The notes under the pieces: model-generated
What the model saw: the letters and a program-made list of their open reading frames with translations, nothing else
Told to the model about the DNA's origin: nothing
The model's database searches: none
Translations under genes and position numbers: made by a program
Assembly: GCF_000743755.1 (NCBI RefSeq)
Contig: NW_014569519.1
Location: forward strand, 1-59,904
DNA length: 59,904 nt
Source: Blastocystis sp. subtype 4
Taxonomy: Eukaryota
Direction of reading: 5' to 3'
In this document: in pieces, positions 23,879-37,500 of the stretch
How positions within the stretch are numbered: the stretch's first letter is position 1
Layout: the number at the start of each line of letters is the position of its first letter

Positions 23879-25719
23879 TTAAACTTTCGTACGTTTAGCT
23901 TCGCTTCCTTCCGTCTTATTAGATCGTTTACGACGTTTCACTGTCTTACCGTTCGGGAATAGATAATCAGGGAGTTCATTGCCTTTACTGCTGTTCTTAA
24001 AGCTCTATCGTTCATCTCTTCCTCGAGTACTTACCGTGAACTCAATTTCAACTGTCTGTAAATCATACTGCTACGAATTATCATTAACACATATCTCCAC
24101 TTCTCCCAATAACGATTTGAATGAATTCACAGCTCCAGCTAAATTCACTAACGAATCAGGACTCTCTAATATCAGAGCAATATAGAATTGTTTGCAGAAC
24201 TGGCGGTTTGGCTATTTATGATCTTTCTCCCACATAATGTACCGGAGTAAACGATTTGGGAAACAGATGCGTCTTTACACCCTCTTTTGACTCTAGAAGA
24301 GGAATAAGACGACGAATTCGGCTCTCTACAAATCCATACCACTGATTGAACATCTCTTCAGTCGAAGCTGCTACTTCAACCTGGATATAATACTTATATG
24401 CAGAGAAGAAGGGGAATTCTTTGAAGAGTTCAGACCAAGGCTATTGTTCATGTATTGACAGCTATTATTACGAGCTGATTCTCCAGGATCTTCGCAGTAA
24501 TATCTCTCCCTCGTTCAAATTCCTTAATTATCACATCACGGGTACTTTTCATCACTGTGTAACAGGAGTTCTGAGAAGGATAACAGGGTGTTAGCAATGG
24601 GAAGAGATCATTGCGACATTTCTCGTTAGCCTTCGGATTCCATACTCCCTCATCTTGACCCAACTCTGGCTTTAATTGGACATTCTTTAACACGATAGGT
24701 TTGGGCCATGTCCATTCTGCGAAGATCTTAAAGCAATGATGGAGAACCACAGCAGGAGAGGCCTTTGGATACGCCATACAAGCATAAGAACATAAAAGAG
24801 CGCAATTTACACCTCCAAAATAACCCATGACATTCTTGTACAAGCCACGATTCTATTGGACATTTGATAAGAATAGCATTACTCGAGCCCAATAACGGAA
24901 GGCTTTCAACACCAGGAAGAAGGTCTATGTTACATGTATTCAGAAATGATACACTGCGATTCGGGACCATGTTTAAGATGGTATCTGTGACTCGCCGGCC
25001 ATTGAGGGAACGAACAGTTTGATCATCACAGTTACGAAGATTGTTGTCATCCAGAATATCAAAATCCTATAGTGAAGAATAAACCATATAAATACTAGAG
25101 GCAATCGTGTTTGATATCGATTGATGGGGGCATACGACAAATCGAAATCAATTCCACCATAACGCATCGTAATAATCGGTACAAATCTAGATTTGAGAGC
25201 CACGTCAAAATGAAACGCGTCAGGAATCACAGTGACATCGGAGGCCTTTGGATCTGATTTCAAATAGGCTTCCATGATATCAAAGAATAAATCTCGAGAG
25301 ACAAGGGCTGGACCAACAGCCATCCTAGACATAACCATGAGCCACCACATTGACGAATCGATATCAGCGCTTGGTTCGTTAATTCCCATTCGAAAAGACC
25401 CGAACGTGAATAGATTGGCCAGTTCCTTTGGAGTTTGGTTTGTATATGCGTTCTACTTTCAAAAACATCCATATTGCTCACTTGATTCTTCAAAATCTGT
25501 TTTACACTCTCTCTAACAAGATTTTGCATTGATTCAAGCAGTTCCTCACGATGTGTCACTTCATCCTGTGTTTCGTAGATACCTAGAGATCTACTCTTTA
25601 GAGAGCAACACAAAAGAACGATACCGAAGATATGCTTCCAATTCTTCCGATTTCCTCACTTCTGCAGGCGTAGGTGGATCGAAACTGACCGGTGCCAAAT
25701 CACTCTCCAGAATGTCCAT
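23879..25719 (-). CDS. PAP: Canonical poly(A) polymerase (start approximate)
   Basis: FGSFRMGI..ADID, FVPII, DFDLSYA, SLNGRRV, GYFGGVN and FPLLTPCYPSQNS motifs. Confidence 0.9.
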
Positions 25720-25848
25720 AGCTCCACCAACAGTTGAACGATTTCCTTGTATCCATTTCTTGGGATCCCCTTTTGTGGGAAGAATTGTGGAACACAGAGG
25801 TTTCCTTGTCTCGACCGTTCTCTTTTTATCTGGATTTCCTTAGTCAAG

Positions 25849-27540
25849 ATGGACAAGAAACCACTTAGATACTATGAAGAGTACACATGAGGTTATGTCT
25901 TCTTAGACGTAGTAAACTATTTGTAGGGGGATTGTCCTTTAAAACAACTGACCGTACTGCGTTCTATTGGGATGCTTACTTTCTAGAGTCCCTGGAAAGG
26001 TACTTTTCTCATTTTGGGAAAATCAAACAAGCCAATGTTATGAAGTACACGGACCGACAAGTGTCACGCGGTTTTGGCTTTTGTATCTTTGAAAACCCTG
26101 AATCCGCTGAACTTGCCATGCAGACGACAGTTCATATTATTGATGGAAGGAAAGTAAGAGTGCATGTATGTAGCATTAATTTCAGGTGGATGTGCGTTGG
26201 GCACTACCCAAGGAAATGGCTCCTCCTCCACAGACTTCGAGTACTTGCTGATTAGATTTCTAATGGCCTAGATGAACAGCCTGCAAAGCCAGCAATTCGA
26301 AAGATCTTCGTAGGCGGTCTGAGTGTGGATACGAATGATTGTATGGTTTGGGAGATTCTCTGAGTCATAGATGATTTGCGATCCTATTTTTCTGCGTTTG
26401 GAGATATTGAAAATGCTAGTGTAATGTATCACCATGACAAGCATCATTCACGCGGATTTGGTTTTGTGCTGTTCAAATCAGCTTCCAGTATTAATGCGGT
26501 GATGCGGGGAGGACCTCATATCATCAATGGAAAGAAAGTAAGCGTATGGAGAGTGATTGATTCTAGGTGGATGTGAAGAAGGCATATCCAAAGGACGAAA
26601 TGAATAATCAGGCTACCGAGATACTAGGAGAGCCCGAACCCGAAGAACCCTCTGTCAAGAATCGTCGGTCTCTTGTTTCTCTCTCTGACTTCTAGGTCAT
26701 GTATCACGGAATCGTCAGTATCGACAGTCTCCTGTGGGTATATCTCCTTCATCTCCTCCTCAAGAAGATCACTTGCGTCCTCCTCGTGAGTCCCTACAAC
26801 TGGAATTCTTCGATGAGCAAGACAATAACCCTCTTCCTGACTCCTATTCTCAAGTACTAGGACCGCTCAGTTCGCCTAGAATGGCCAAGGGATCCTACGG
26901 ATTTGATTCGTACAGTCCCAACACTCTTCCTCATACTGCACGCAACCCAGAGAGTATGACTGATGTAGGAATCGATGGTGAATGACGAATCTAGTACTCA
27001 CAACACTTCTTCACACAGGATGAGGCGAGTCCGTACGGAGGTGGTTACGAGGGCGACTGGTATCGTGATCAGCAAGGACTCCACACACCTGTCTCCTTCC
27101 TCGCATCTCCTCGCGAGTCTCTGTTGACGCACTCCCAGCACCAACCTTATCGCTCGCTCTCTGGAGATGGAGACGGGATGTTTGCTTCCAACGGAGGCCA
27201 GGCGTCGCTTCACGGCAATTTCTTCTCTAGTGCATTAGAGTCCCCAGTTCGAGACATATCGCTCTTCGACTCTGTCGGTTCAACAGGTTCTGGCTTTCCC
27301 TCACGACCGCTTTTTGCCTCTCATTCTCATGTTTCCTCCCGTTATTCGAACCTCCTCGCTACAGATCCGGGACTCGGAAGTGACTACGATTTCCTCTCTG
27401 GTAATGAATCATCTCGTTACAGTTTGATGGAACCTTCTCTTTTCAAGTCTTCTGGGGACATCGACTATGAACCTCCTCGTTCCGAGTTTCAGTGGCAAGA
27501 CTTTGATGATAAGCCTGAGGATATTGATCTGTTAGTGTAG
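25849..27540 (+). CDS. Two-RRM RNA-binding protein (Musashi/DAZAP1/hnRNP A-like) with Ser/Pro-rich tail
   Basis: KLFVGGL...SRGFGFCIF and KIFVGGL...SRGFGFVLF RNP motifs. Confidence 0.8.
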
Positions 27541-27851
27541 GAATAAGTATGGAGACTGAGTTGTAGAAGCGACTCTCTAAGTAACCGAACCTTTAGCAAG
27601 AATAGACGGTCAAAGAACCATCTTATTTTTACTTCCGGATCCAGTACCTTTGTGGAGATTGGTTAACTCTAGGGACTGCGGACGAAGATCAGGATGTTAG
27701 TGACAATTGACTCAGTATTTAGTGTAGTTGGTAGATCATTCGGCAGTTTTGATTGTTTGTTCACTCAATCCTTGATAAGCTGTTCATTAATTTCCCGCGG
27801 GATTGGTTTATGGGAAACAGGAATACAATAGTTCTTTGTTCATTCCTTGAA

Positions 27852-28706
<855 letters not shown>

Positions 28707-28790
28707 GTGCAATCAGTTGTGTGTATTTTTGTTTGTTTCGTAAGTCGTGTTCGTGTTTGCATGGTTCGGACACTCACTCCATTTATTCAT

Positions 28791-29823
28791 ATGTACAATC
28801 CATTTTGTGACGTTAATGGTGATGTTCTGTCGAACATTATGCAGTTTTTAGAACCCATTCAAGTGTTAGTGTCTATTTGTAAGTTCAGAGTGAATTGTTC
28901 ATCCTCAGGTTGTTTATCTAAGTATATTCGTGAATCGTGTCTACGCAATGATGGCTTGTGGAGACGGTACTGTCATCAAGTAGATGTCTTACTGTCCTTA
29001 CCATCAGATTGGTTTTCAGGAAAAGCTATTCAAAGAGGTCTCGTGGCTAAGTAACTATAAATACTATTATATTCACATTCTTCTTCAGAATGCGTAGTGA
29101 TCCTCCTTATCTCCCATTCTAGAGAAATCAATACCAGATATCAACGTAAGTGCTGTAGCTACAACGAGTATTCATTTCTTCTTCTGTGATAGGTAGATGC
29201 TTCAACCTACTTCTGATTAGTGGTGTTGGTGATGGACGAGAACGAATTCTTCATGTCGAAGATAGTGACGTGTATTCTATCAATATCCGCAGTCAATTTA
29301 GTAATAACACCGGATTAACAAGAAGACAAGTCATTCTTGAAGGCAAATCCTTACATATTGTGAGCTTCTATTTCCACCTCATTCTCACATTCCCGAGCTT
29401 CTTTCCTAGCTTTCCCATGTCTGATAGCTATCGTGATGTCATTGTATGGACCGTAGATGCTGCACGAATCGTGAAACCAGTTCGTTTTGACTCCCAGAGT
29501 GCGATGGCTGAGATCTTGTACAATCAACGATACTACCACTATACACGCAAATGCTTACACATGGTAAAAATCAAAAAGAGACTGAAATTTAGTTGCTATC
29601 AGGTGTAGCACCATGGGTGCCTCTCATTGTGGTTGTAACCAATCAAGAAACCCCTGGAGCATTAAGTAACACTGAAGTAATTCGTATCTTGCGGTTATGG
29701 AAAGAACACCGACTATGGAGACTTTACTCTCTCTTCAATGGATCGATATCAGAAAGCGTTCTCTTTGTGCATTGCATAAACGAAGTCCATCGCATTCAGT
29801 ATCATCTTGAACATGCAAGATGA
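28791..29823 (+). CDS. F-box protein with degenerate Arf-like C-terminal domain
   Basis: DVLSNIMQFL...CLSKYIR...DGLWRRYC (F-box). VIVWTVDA, PLIVVVTNQETPGALS and RLWRLY resemble Arf-family strands. Confidence 0.55.
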
Positions 29824-29884
29824 AAAGGGTATAGAATACACTGACGTGAATTAACAAGTGAAATTGAATAAAAATGTTTGTAAA

Positions 29885-30428
29885 CTAAACTGCAGGATAC
29901 TTGGGAGCTTGCTTGGCAGCCGAAGCAGCAAAGTCCTTCAAATAGGGAATACCATCCACATACTTTCCAATAATAGGGACCTAGAATGAATTCATGTCTC
30001 CAATCCCACTTGACGAAGGAATGACAAGAGCATAGGGAAATATGATCCAAATAAAACTATGATTCCATAGCCTTCCATAATCATTCCAATAATTGTCCAG
30101 CGCATTAAAACAAGCACAATTCCAGAGAAGAAACAAATCAATCCTTTCCATTTCTATCTTCATAAATTGACAATAATGCATACACTGGGATTCTCAAATG
30201 GATTGAAGAAATGGAGACATCGCATAAAACCAAAGAGAAAAGGCATTCCACTATCAATATATTTAGTACCAAATTAACCTACCCTAGAAAAAGAATATTA
30301 CCCATAGCTAATAAGGCTGAATCAAAGAAAAGAATCACACCAAGTACTAAGAGTGTTACACCTAGCGAAACAAGAATGACTCCAATCTTTCGATTATCAG
30401 AGAAGAGATTCTCAACAACAGATAACAT
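29885..30428 (-). CDS. GOT1: Vesicle transport protein Got1
   Basis: DNRKIGVILVSLG...LGVILFFDSALLAMGNILFL. Confidence 0.85.
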
Positions 30429-30519
30429 CTTACTAGGATAGACGTAATTTTAGGAGTGGCGCAAGAATTCGGCCATTCCATTTAGGTTTATTAAGTGGAC
30501 CAAAGTGATTTCTTTCAAC

Positions 30520-30995
30520 ATGAGCGATACGAAGGATATCCGTGTTCCCAAATCTGTAGAGAAAAGCGGATTTGGTTGATCTCTAGGAATTCGAGAGTTA
30601 CCAAAAAGGGAAGGCTGAATATGATTCGATCATGCAGAAGATTAGCGATATGGAAATGAGTATATCAGAAAACAAGTAGGATGGATGTCGATTAGCTGAT
30701 TGTTAGAGACGTTTTGGAAACACTAGAAGGGATGGAAGATAGTCGTCGGTGTTTCCGAGTGGTTGATTCGATTCTTGTAGAGCGCAATGTTGGGGAAGTG
30801 AAGAAAGCATTACAGACAGAGAAGGAAAATGTAATCAATCCAACAGGAATTGAGGTGTAGATGATGGTTTTGATGGGTCAACTGAATACACGCTCTAGAG
30901 ACTTGGAAAAGGCTATCCTATCATTTGAAGTGTGTATGGTGGAAAGATGTTACTTGTAGACAAAGTATGGCATTACCAAAGCAGTTGCTGTGTAA
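30520..30995 (+). CDS. PFDN2: Prefoldin subunit 2-like
   Basis: Spliced ...LETLEGMEDSRRCFRVVDSILVERNVGEVKKAL...KYGI. Confidence 0.75.
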
Positions 30996-31164
30996 ATCAA
31001 GGAATTGATCATTATGTTTGTTCTACATATACTAGCGACAACAGTGTCCACTATCACGGCTGAATTGGAATTCTTCTAATTGGCAGGAAATAATTACCCA
31101 GCAGATTCTGTCGTGGATAGTTTCCTTTCCTTAAGTTTGTTTCAAGACTTTATTTGATTACAAA

Positions 31165-31590
31165 ATGGTAGGAATTGGGTTTGGGATATCTGTGATTGGA
31201 TGTGAATTTGATGAGGATGTTTCTAACGTGTCTTTAGTCTGCCAACGGAAAGAAGGTTCATTTCGTCTATGTCTGATCTGATTCATAGAAATGGAGCAAG
31301 GGTAAGGTGAGAGATACCGTCGATAACAAGGTCTACTTTGAGAAGGCCGATTACGACAAGCTTCTTGCTGAGGTTCCTAAGGTTGGTAGTTTTTGTATTT
31401 GGGTCATGTGTAGATGAAGCTGATCACCGTTTATACCATTGTGGACCGTCTGAAGATGAACGGTTCCTGTGCTCGTGCTGGAATCCGTGAGCTTGTCAAG
31501 CAGGGAAAGATTGTAGAGGTCTCTAAGCGTGGACATTACATTCTTACTCGTTAGGATTTGGGAGGCGGATCATCAGTAGGCAGCCAATAA
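31165..31590 (+). CDS. RPS25: 40S ribosomal protein S25; first coding exon is ATG only
   Basis: [11 protein letters not shown]...[15 protein letters not shown]...[17 protein letters not shown]. Confidence 0.9.
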
Positions 31591-31661
31591 TCAACATGCT
31601 TGTAATCAGGTGATTGTTACAGAATTGAAACAAGTGGTTTGTTTGTTGAAAGAAACAGAGA

Positions 31662-32742
31662 ATTGCTTTGTCTTCTCATAAGGAGTGTAGGATTTTCCAC
31701 CATACTCTGCCCAAGATCCATCGTAGACAGCAATACTAGAAATAATCACACACTACAGACAACTCACCTTCCAGGAGCACGTCTATTCAGCAAATAAGCG
31801 GCGAAGAAATCGACACAAGCTGTCGTTCCAGATCCACATGAGAAAACAATTGGCTCCTTGCGGTTGATGTCCACACCCGCATTCTTAAAAATGGTCAGCA
31901 ATTCCTCACGAGGACGGATTTCAAACTTCTTATCTGGATTCGTGATCATAGAGAAGGGAATATTCTTGCTTCCAGGCATATGACCACTCGTCAGACCAGG
32001 ACGAGCCTCAGGGACAGTACCATCAAAACGACCCTGGGGACGAGCATCGACAACCGTCATATCTGTCTTACCATTCTTGAAATCGGCTATCAGATCCATC
32101 ACCTGATCCAACACACGAACCATCGAATAGTCAGGATTCACATAGAAACTACCCTTGGTAGTCACAGAAGGAACTTCACCTGCCTCCAGAGGACGCTTTT
32201 CAGCTTCCCAGCGAGGAAGACCACCATTAAGTACATACACCTTTGCATTCTTATTAAACAGGCGGAACATCCACCAAGCGCGAGTAGCACTAAACAGTCC
32301 ATGAGTATCATACCTAGATATGAGATTTCAAAGAGAGAACAACAGAACAATTTCGTCCGTATCATTAACACCTAAGTCTTCGATGCATTGCTTGAAATAG
32401 GTTGGTGTAGGAAGCATATGAGGGAGCTTTAATTGGCAATCCGCAATAGCATCAATATTAAAGAACTGAGCGCCAGGGATACGTTTCTACGTCTAATTCA
32501 ATAGATCCCTGAATATACATCCGTAAATTCCTTGATAGCGTTACGTTTAGGATCAAGGTGAAGGGTAGCATCAAATACACGCACCTTTCCAAGTCTCTGC
32601 TGAAGCCATTCTGGATCCACCACACCTACGTACTAATATGAAAGAATTATCCATTACCATCAGCAGGAGAATAAGAAGAGAATGCACGAACAGAAGTAGC
32701 CATAAATGTCTTAGTTGACGCCGAACGGAGAGCAGCAAGCAT
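31662..32742 (-). CDS. MPST: 3-mercaptopyruvate/thiosulfate sulfurtransferase (double rhodanese) with presequence
   Basis: Presequence MLAALRSASTKTFMATSVRAFSS, then LPHMLP, DARPQGRFDG, active-site loop CGSGTTA and YDGSWAEY. Confidence 0.88.
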
Positions 32743-32810
32743 TGAAAGCAAGATTTTGAGTGGATTTCGATTGATTTCGATTTCCGCGGGAATGATCAAA
32801 CAAACAGTAC

Positions 32811-34418
32811 CACCTCTTTTGTTGCAATAGTTGCAATAACATTTCAATCTGCTCTCTTTGCTCTTGAATGATCCGTTCCTGTTCACAGAATTGGCGAACC
32901 ATGTCACCTCGCAAGTCTGATACTTCTCGATGAATGTATGTTTGGAGTTCCTCAATCATGGGTCTAATCACTTCTGGATATCAGGAGTCGTGGCAAAAAC
33001 TACCTTGGTAAGAATCTACGGAATTGAACTGTTGTAAGGAGGCTTGTTGAGATGTATCTGGCAGTGGATGAAGTGGTGAAATGGGAGAGTTCGTTGGTAA
33101 CGATTGTACAGTGTATGTTGGTTTTGAAGGGGTTGATGGAGACTGATGGATAGAAGAATGTAAAGGAGATTGAAGTTGAACTGGGCTAAATTGAGGTTGA
33201 GTAACAGAGACTCGAGGTTGAGTAGCACTAAATTGAGATTGAGCAGAAACATACGGAGACTGTGTGTGCTGCTTTACAGGAGTAGGCAGTGGAATTGATG
33301 CAGACAGAACTGGGTTAGTCACTTCTTGACCTGAATCCCTCTCACGATCGCCATAAGAATGACAAAACCGAACAACACAAACAGCATTTACACGGACTGT
33401 ATCAATTGGATCAACCAAATCATATATATTCCATAACATTAATGAGTCCTTTGTAGCTACAACCACTAAATCATTCTGAATATCTGCAGATAGTACAGAT
33501 GTACCTAATTGAATCATACCAAAAGGTCTAGTATGAATTCAACTCTCATCACTCACTGATATGTCTTTAGATTCAATAGCACTACTGTCTCTGATCCATA
33601 ACATACTAACCCGTGTAATAACGGAGAGGAAGAGTAAGAGAGATGAAGAGCCTGAGAAGGTTGAATACTATAGACACTAGCAGACTATAGGTCACTATCA
33701 ACTACAATTATGACTCTCTTGATCAGAGGCATTAACCGATATACTTGACCTGAGGCAGTAGAGAAGTAAATGTTGTTAGAAAAGGAAATCATACTTAGAA
33801 TCGACTAAATCTTATCTTATATAGATGAACCAACATCATTTTCAACAGAGTAAATCGGAGTGACAACCTTATTCTTCACATTCACCTCAATTATCTGTCC
33901 CTTGTTTGTACTAACATAGACCAAACTGAAAGAATACTCCACAACCGATGTAATAACACTATCAGGAAGGTTCACATCAATCACCGGATCTTCAAATCCA
34001 GACTTTGATATGGGCCATAGCTATCTCTAAACTCAGAAAAATACACTTACACGAATGTTGCCATTGGCATCACCTGTAATTACAAAACGACTTCCTGTTA
34101 AGATATGTCCCGAGATGATAGGTACTATATACAAATATAACAACAATCCATACTCGGTTCTTCCCCATTCACACTATTTGTTGAAGATATCAATGTAACC
34201 TTGTTAATGTTCTTGAGGTACATATCTCCCCGACTTGAACAGACAAATATATAGTTGTCTATGAATCAAACCAACATCCTATCCAAACTGTTTTGATTCC
34301 AGTCAATTACACTACTCTGAATACTCCCAATCTCAAATTCATGAACTGAAACTAGGTTGGAATTCACCTCCCATATCGATGTCGCCTCTCCAGATGTACA
34401 CAAAAGCGTTGAACTCAT
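32811..34418 (-). CDS. NEDD1: NEDD1/GCP-WD-like protein (WD40 N-terminus, C-terminal coiled coil)
   Basis: N-terminus LCTSGEATSIWE...IDWNQNNNYIFVCSSRGD and C-terminus IRPMIEELQTYIHREVSDLRGDMVRQF both resemble NEDD1. Confidence 0.65.
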
Positions 34419-34514
34419 TCGTGGTATCGGTAATGGATTATAGTGATCGTTAGAATCCAGAAATTTGCGAATGCGAAAAGAGATCTGGTCTTTTCATGGT
34501 TACTGTTTTGCAAG

Positions 34515-37500
34515 ATGAGTACACTCTATGTTGATGGAAAAGCTCACCAGCCAGTTCTCGTAAGAGAGGACACAAGGTAATGATCATTTGGAAGAGTGAG
34601 ACATAGTTTTGGTTCTGTTACAACAATCACTTCGTTTCCTTATGGACTCCCGAAAGAAGATATTGGAATAAAGAAAATGATGGAAGAAGTAGATCTGAGA
34701 ATTGATATAAGAATTAGCTTGATTCAACATATGAAGATGCTGTAGACTCTGTTTTCAACAATGATTCATGGAATCTGCGATTTCAGTACTCCAAGATTCC
34801 TAGCATTTATGAAACGAACATCACTTCAACTCTTCTCCCAATTTCCGAAGTGCATCATGCTAAGGAATTCAATGACACTGAAGATCCGGGAGTCATTGCC
34901 GATGGAATCCGACAAGTTCCTCAGACACTAGACTGTGCTTTAAATTCAACGTCATCAAATCGACGAAATGCCAAAGGAGGGGTACAATCAATGGACTTCC
35001 TCAATTCTAGGTTCAAGGAGATTGTCACAACCAACCCATGTTACCAGGAGGTTTATCACTGGTAGCTAGTTTGCGTCTCAACGAAATGAAGGAAGAAGTT
35101 CATGAGAAACGCTATTGTTCCGAGAAAGCTCACAATCTCCTCCATATTTCTGTTAAATCGACAGATTTACCTCGTTCCATTCTCAAAGAGATATGATTCG
35201 TAGATATCTCGAATAAGATCATTGATGGTTTCACTCCAACATTCGCATCTGAAACGATTCCAGATCTTGAGGTTGAGGGATTGACTCCAGACATGGAACA
35301 ATTCGCTGATGATTATCATATCCCAGCGAAGTCTGTACTTCCAATAATCTCTGACATTTCTTTTCCCACCTCTTCATCGATACTTCGTTCAACAGATCTA
35401 CCCAATGTATCCGAAGTTCTAGAAGAGCCTTTGAAACCCAGTGACCCAGCTACATCCGAACTCGTAACCACCGATCCTGCTGTCACCAAACCCAAACCAA
35501 AAGAAGTACCGATTTCAGACTTATCAGACGTGGAACTGGCAAACAAGATCCGTCAATTGTTACAGATCCAGACAGCAGAGAAATCATTTGTCAATAATAT
35601 ATCCAATCGTGGTATCAAGCTGAATAACCGAGATAGTCGTTGGGGTATTATTGATGAGACTGATATGACACACTTTCATGAAATGGTTTCTCATATGGCT
35701 CAGAACTTCCCTTTTGAGTTGGATGATTTCCAGAAACGTTCGATTGTTCATCTTGAACGAGGTGAGAGCGTGTATGTATGTGCTCATACTTCGGCAGGAA
35801 AGACTGTTGTGGCCGATTATGCTATCTCATTGTGTCAACAGCATATGACCAAATGCATTTACACATCCCCTGTGAAAGCACTCTCTAATCAGAAGTATCA
35901 TGATTTCAAACAGAAATACGAAGACGTGGGTATTGTCACAGGAGATGTTTCTGTGAATCCTACCGCAGGTACACTAATCATGACAACCGAAATTCTACGT
36001 GAAATGCTTTATAACGGTAGTGATGTGATTCGAGATGTTGAATGGGTTGTGTTTGATGAGGCTCACTACATAAATGACTCTGATCGAGGTGTGGTGTGGG
36101 AAGAATCCATCATTCTCATGCCCGATCACATCAATATGATCTTTCTGTCAGCTACAACTCCTAATGTCCAAGATATTGCTGATTGGATTGGTCGTACCAA
36201 ACAGAAGAAAGTATACATCATGGAGACTCAGTTACGACCTGTCCCTCTACAATATGATCTAATCTATGAAAACAAGGTTACTACTGTACATGTGTGTTTA
36301 TTCTTTGAACTCTAGTTGAAAGAATCTTCTGGTCAGTTCCATCCTGAAAGGATTCGTTTGCTTCATGGTTTCAAAGCGAATGAAACATCAAAGGATGATA
36401 TACCTCTGGTCCAACCAGTAGTCTTGCGTCCAACACAGAAGGAATTACGAGGATTAGTCCAGATTCTAAAGAAACGTGATGATTTGCCAGTAAGAATGAT
36501 CCTTGGATTTGATGGTAGTGCATCGTTTTTACGTTAGGTCGTGATCTTTGCGATAAGTGTGCTCAATCGTGTACAGATACACTGTTGAGTGCAGAACAGA
36601 GTCACAGTGTGAGACAATATTACAACCAATGTATTGCAAATCTAAGACGAGAAGATCAAGTCCTTCCACAGGTACAAGGATTGCTTCCTCTTCTTCAACG
36701 AGGTATAGGAGTACATCATTCAGGGTTACTGCCTTTGTTGAAGGAGATTGTAGAAATACTCTTCTCTCAGGGTTTGATAAAGGTGCTATTTGCAACAGAG
36801 ACGTTTGCTATTGGTGTGAATATGCCTGCAAAAGCAGTATGTTTTAATGGAATTGCTAAATTCGATGGTACAGGACGTCGTTACTTCTTAGCCACTGAGT
36901 GATCGATTCGTTGCACTTTCATTTCTAGATTCACTCAAATGGCTGGTCGAGCTGGACGTCGAGGCAAAGATAAGGAAGGCCATGTGTATATATTTGTGAG
37001 AGATCTTCCTAGTACTTCAGTGTTGATGCGAATCATTCAACCATCAACAGACATGATCACATCTCAGTTCCGAATCGACTATTCAATGATTCTGAATGTT
37101 ATGCGAGTCGAAGATATGTCTCTAGAATCTATGCTCTCTCATTCCTTTGCAGAGGCAGTAAGGATGCGAGAATTGGATAAGAACAATTATTCACAAGTAA
37201 GAGATGGCTGTTTGATGTGATTTAGGCTGTTAAGGATATTCAGCTAATTGTTAACAGACTCATGGATACTCTATCTTGTGAACAGGGCATTCGTCCAGAG
37301 GAGATGGTGGAAATGGTGGAAAAGCAACAGGCCAAACAGAAGAAGTTACTTTCAAATGCATTACTCACTTACAAAGCCAATCAGAAGAACAAACCAGATG
37401 CATTGTGTCGTGGCCGTTTTGTCATTGGATCGGTTGCATTCAATCAAGGAGATGGGGTAAGCATGAGTGGTTTGAATAAGATCTAGAAGGATCTGTTAGT

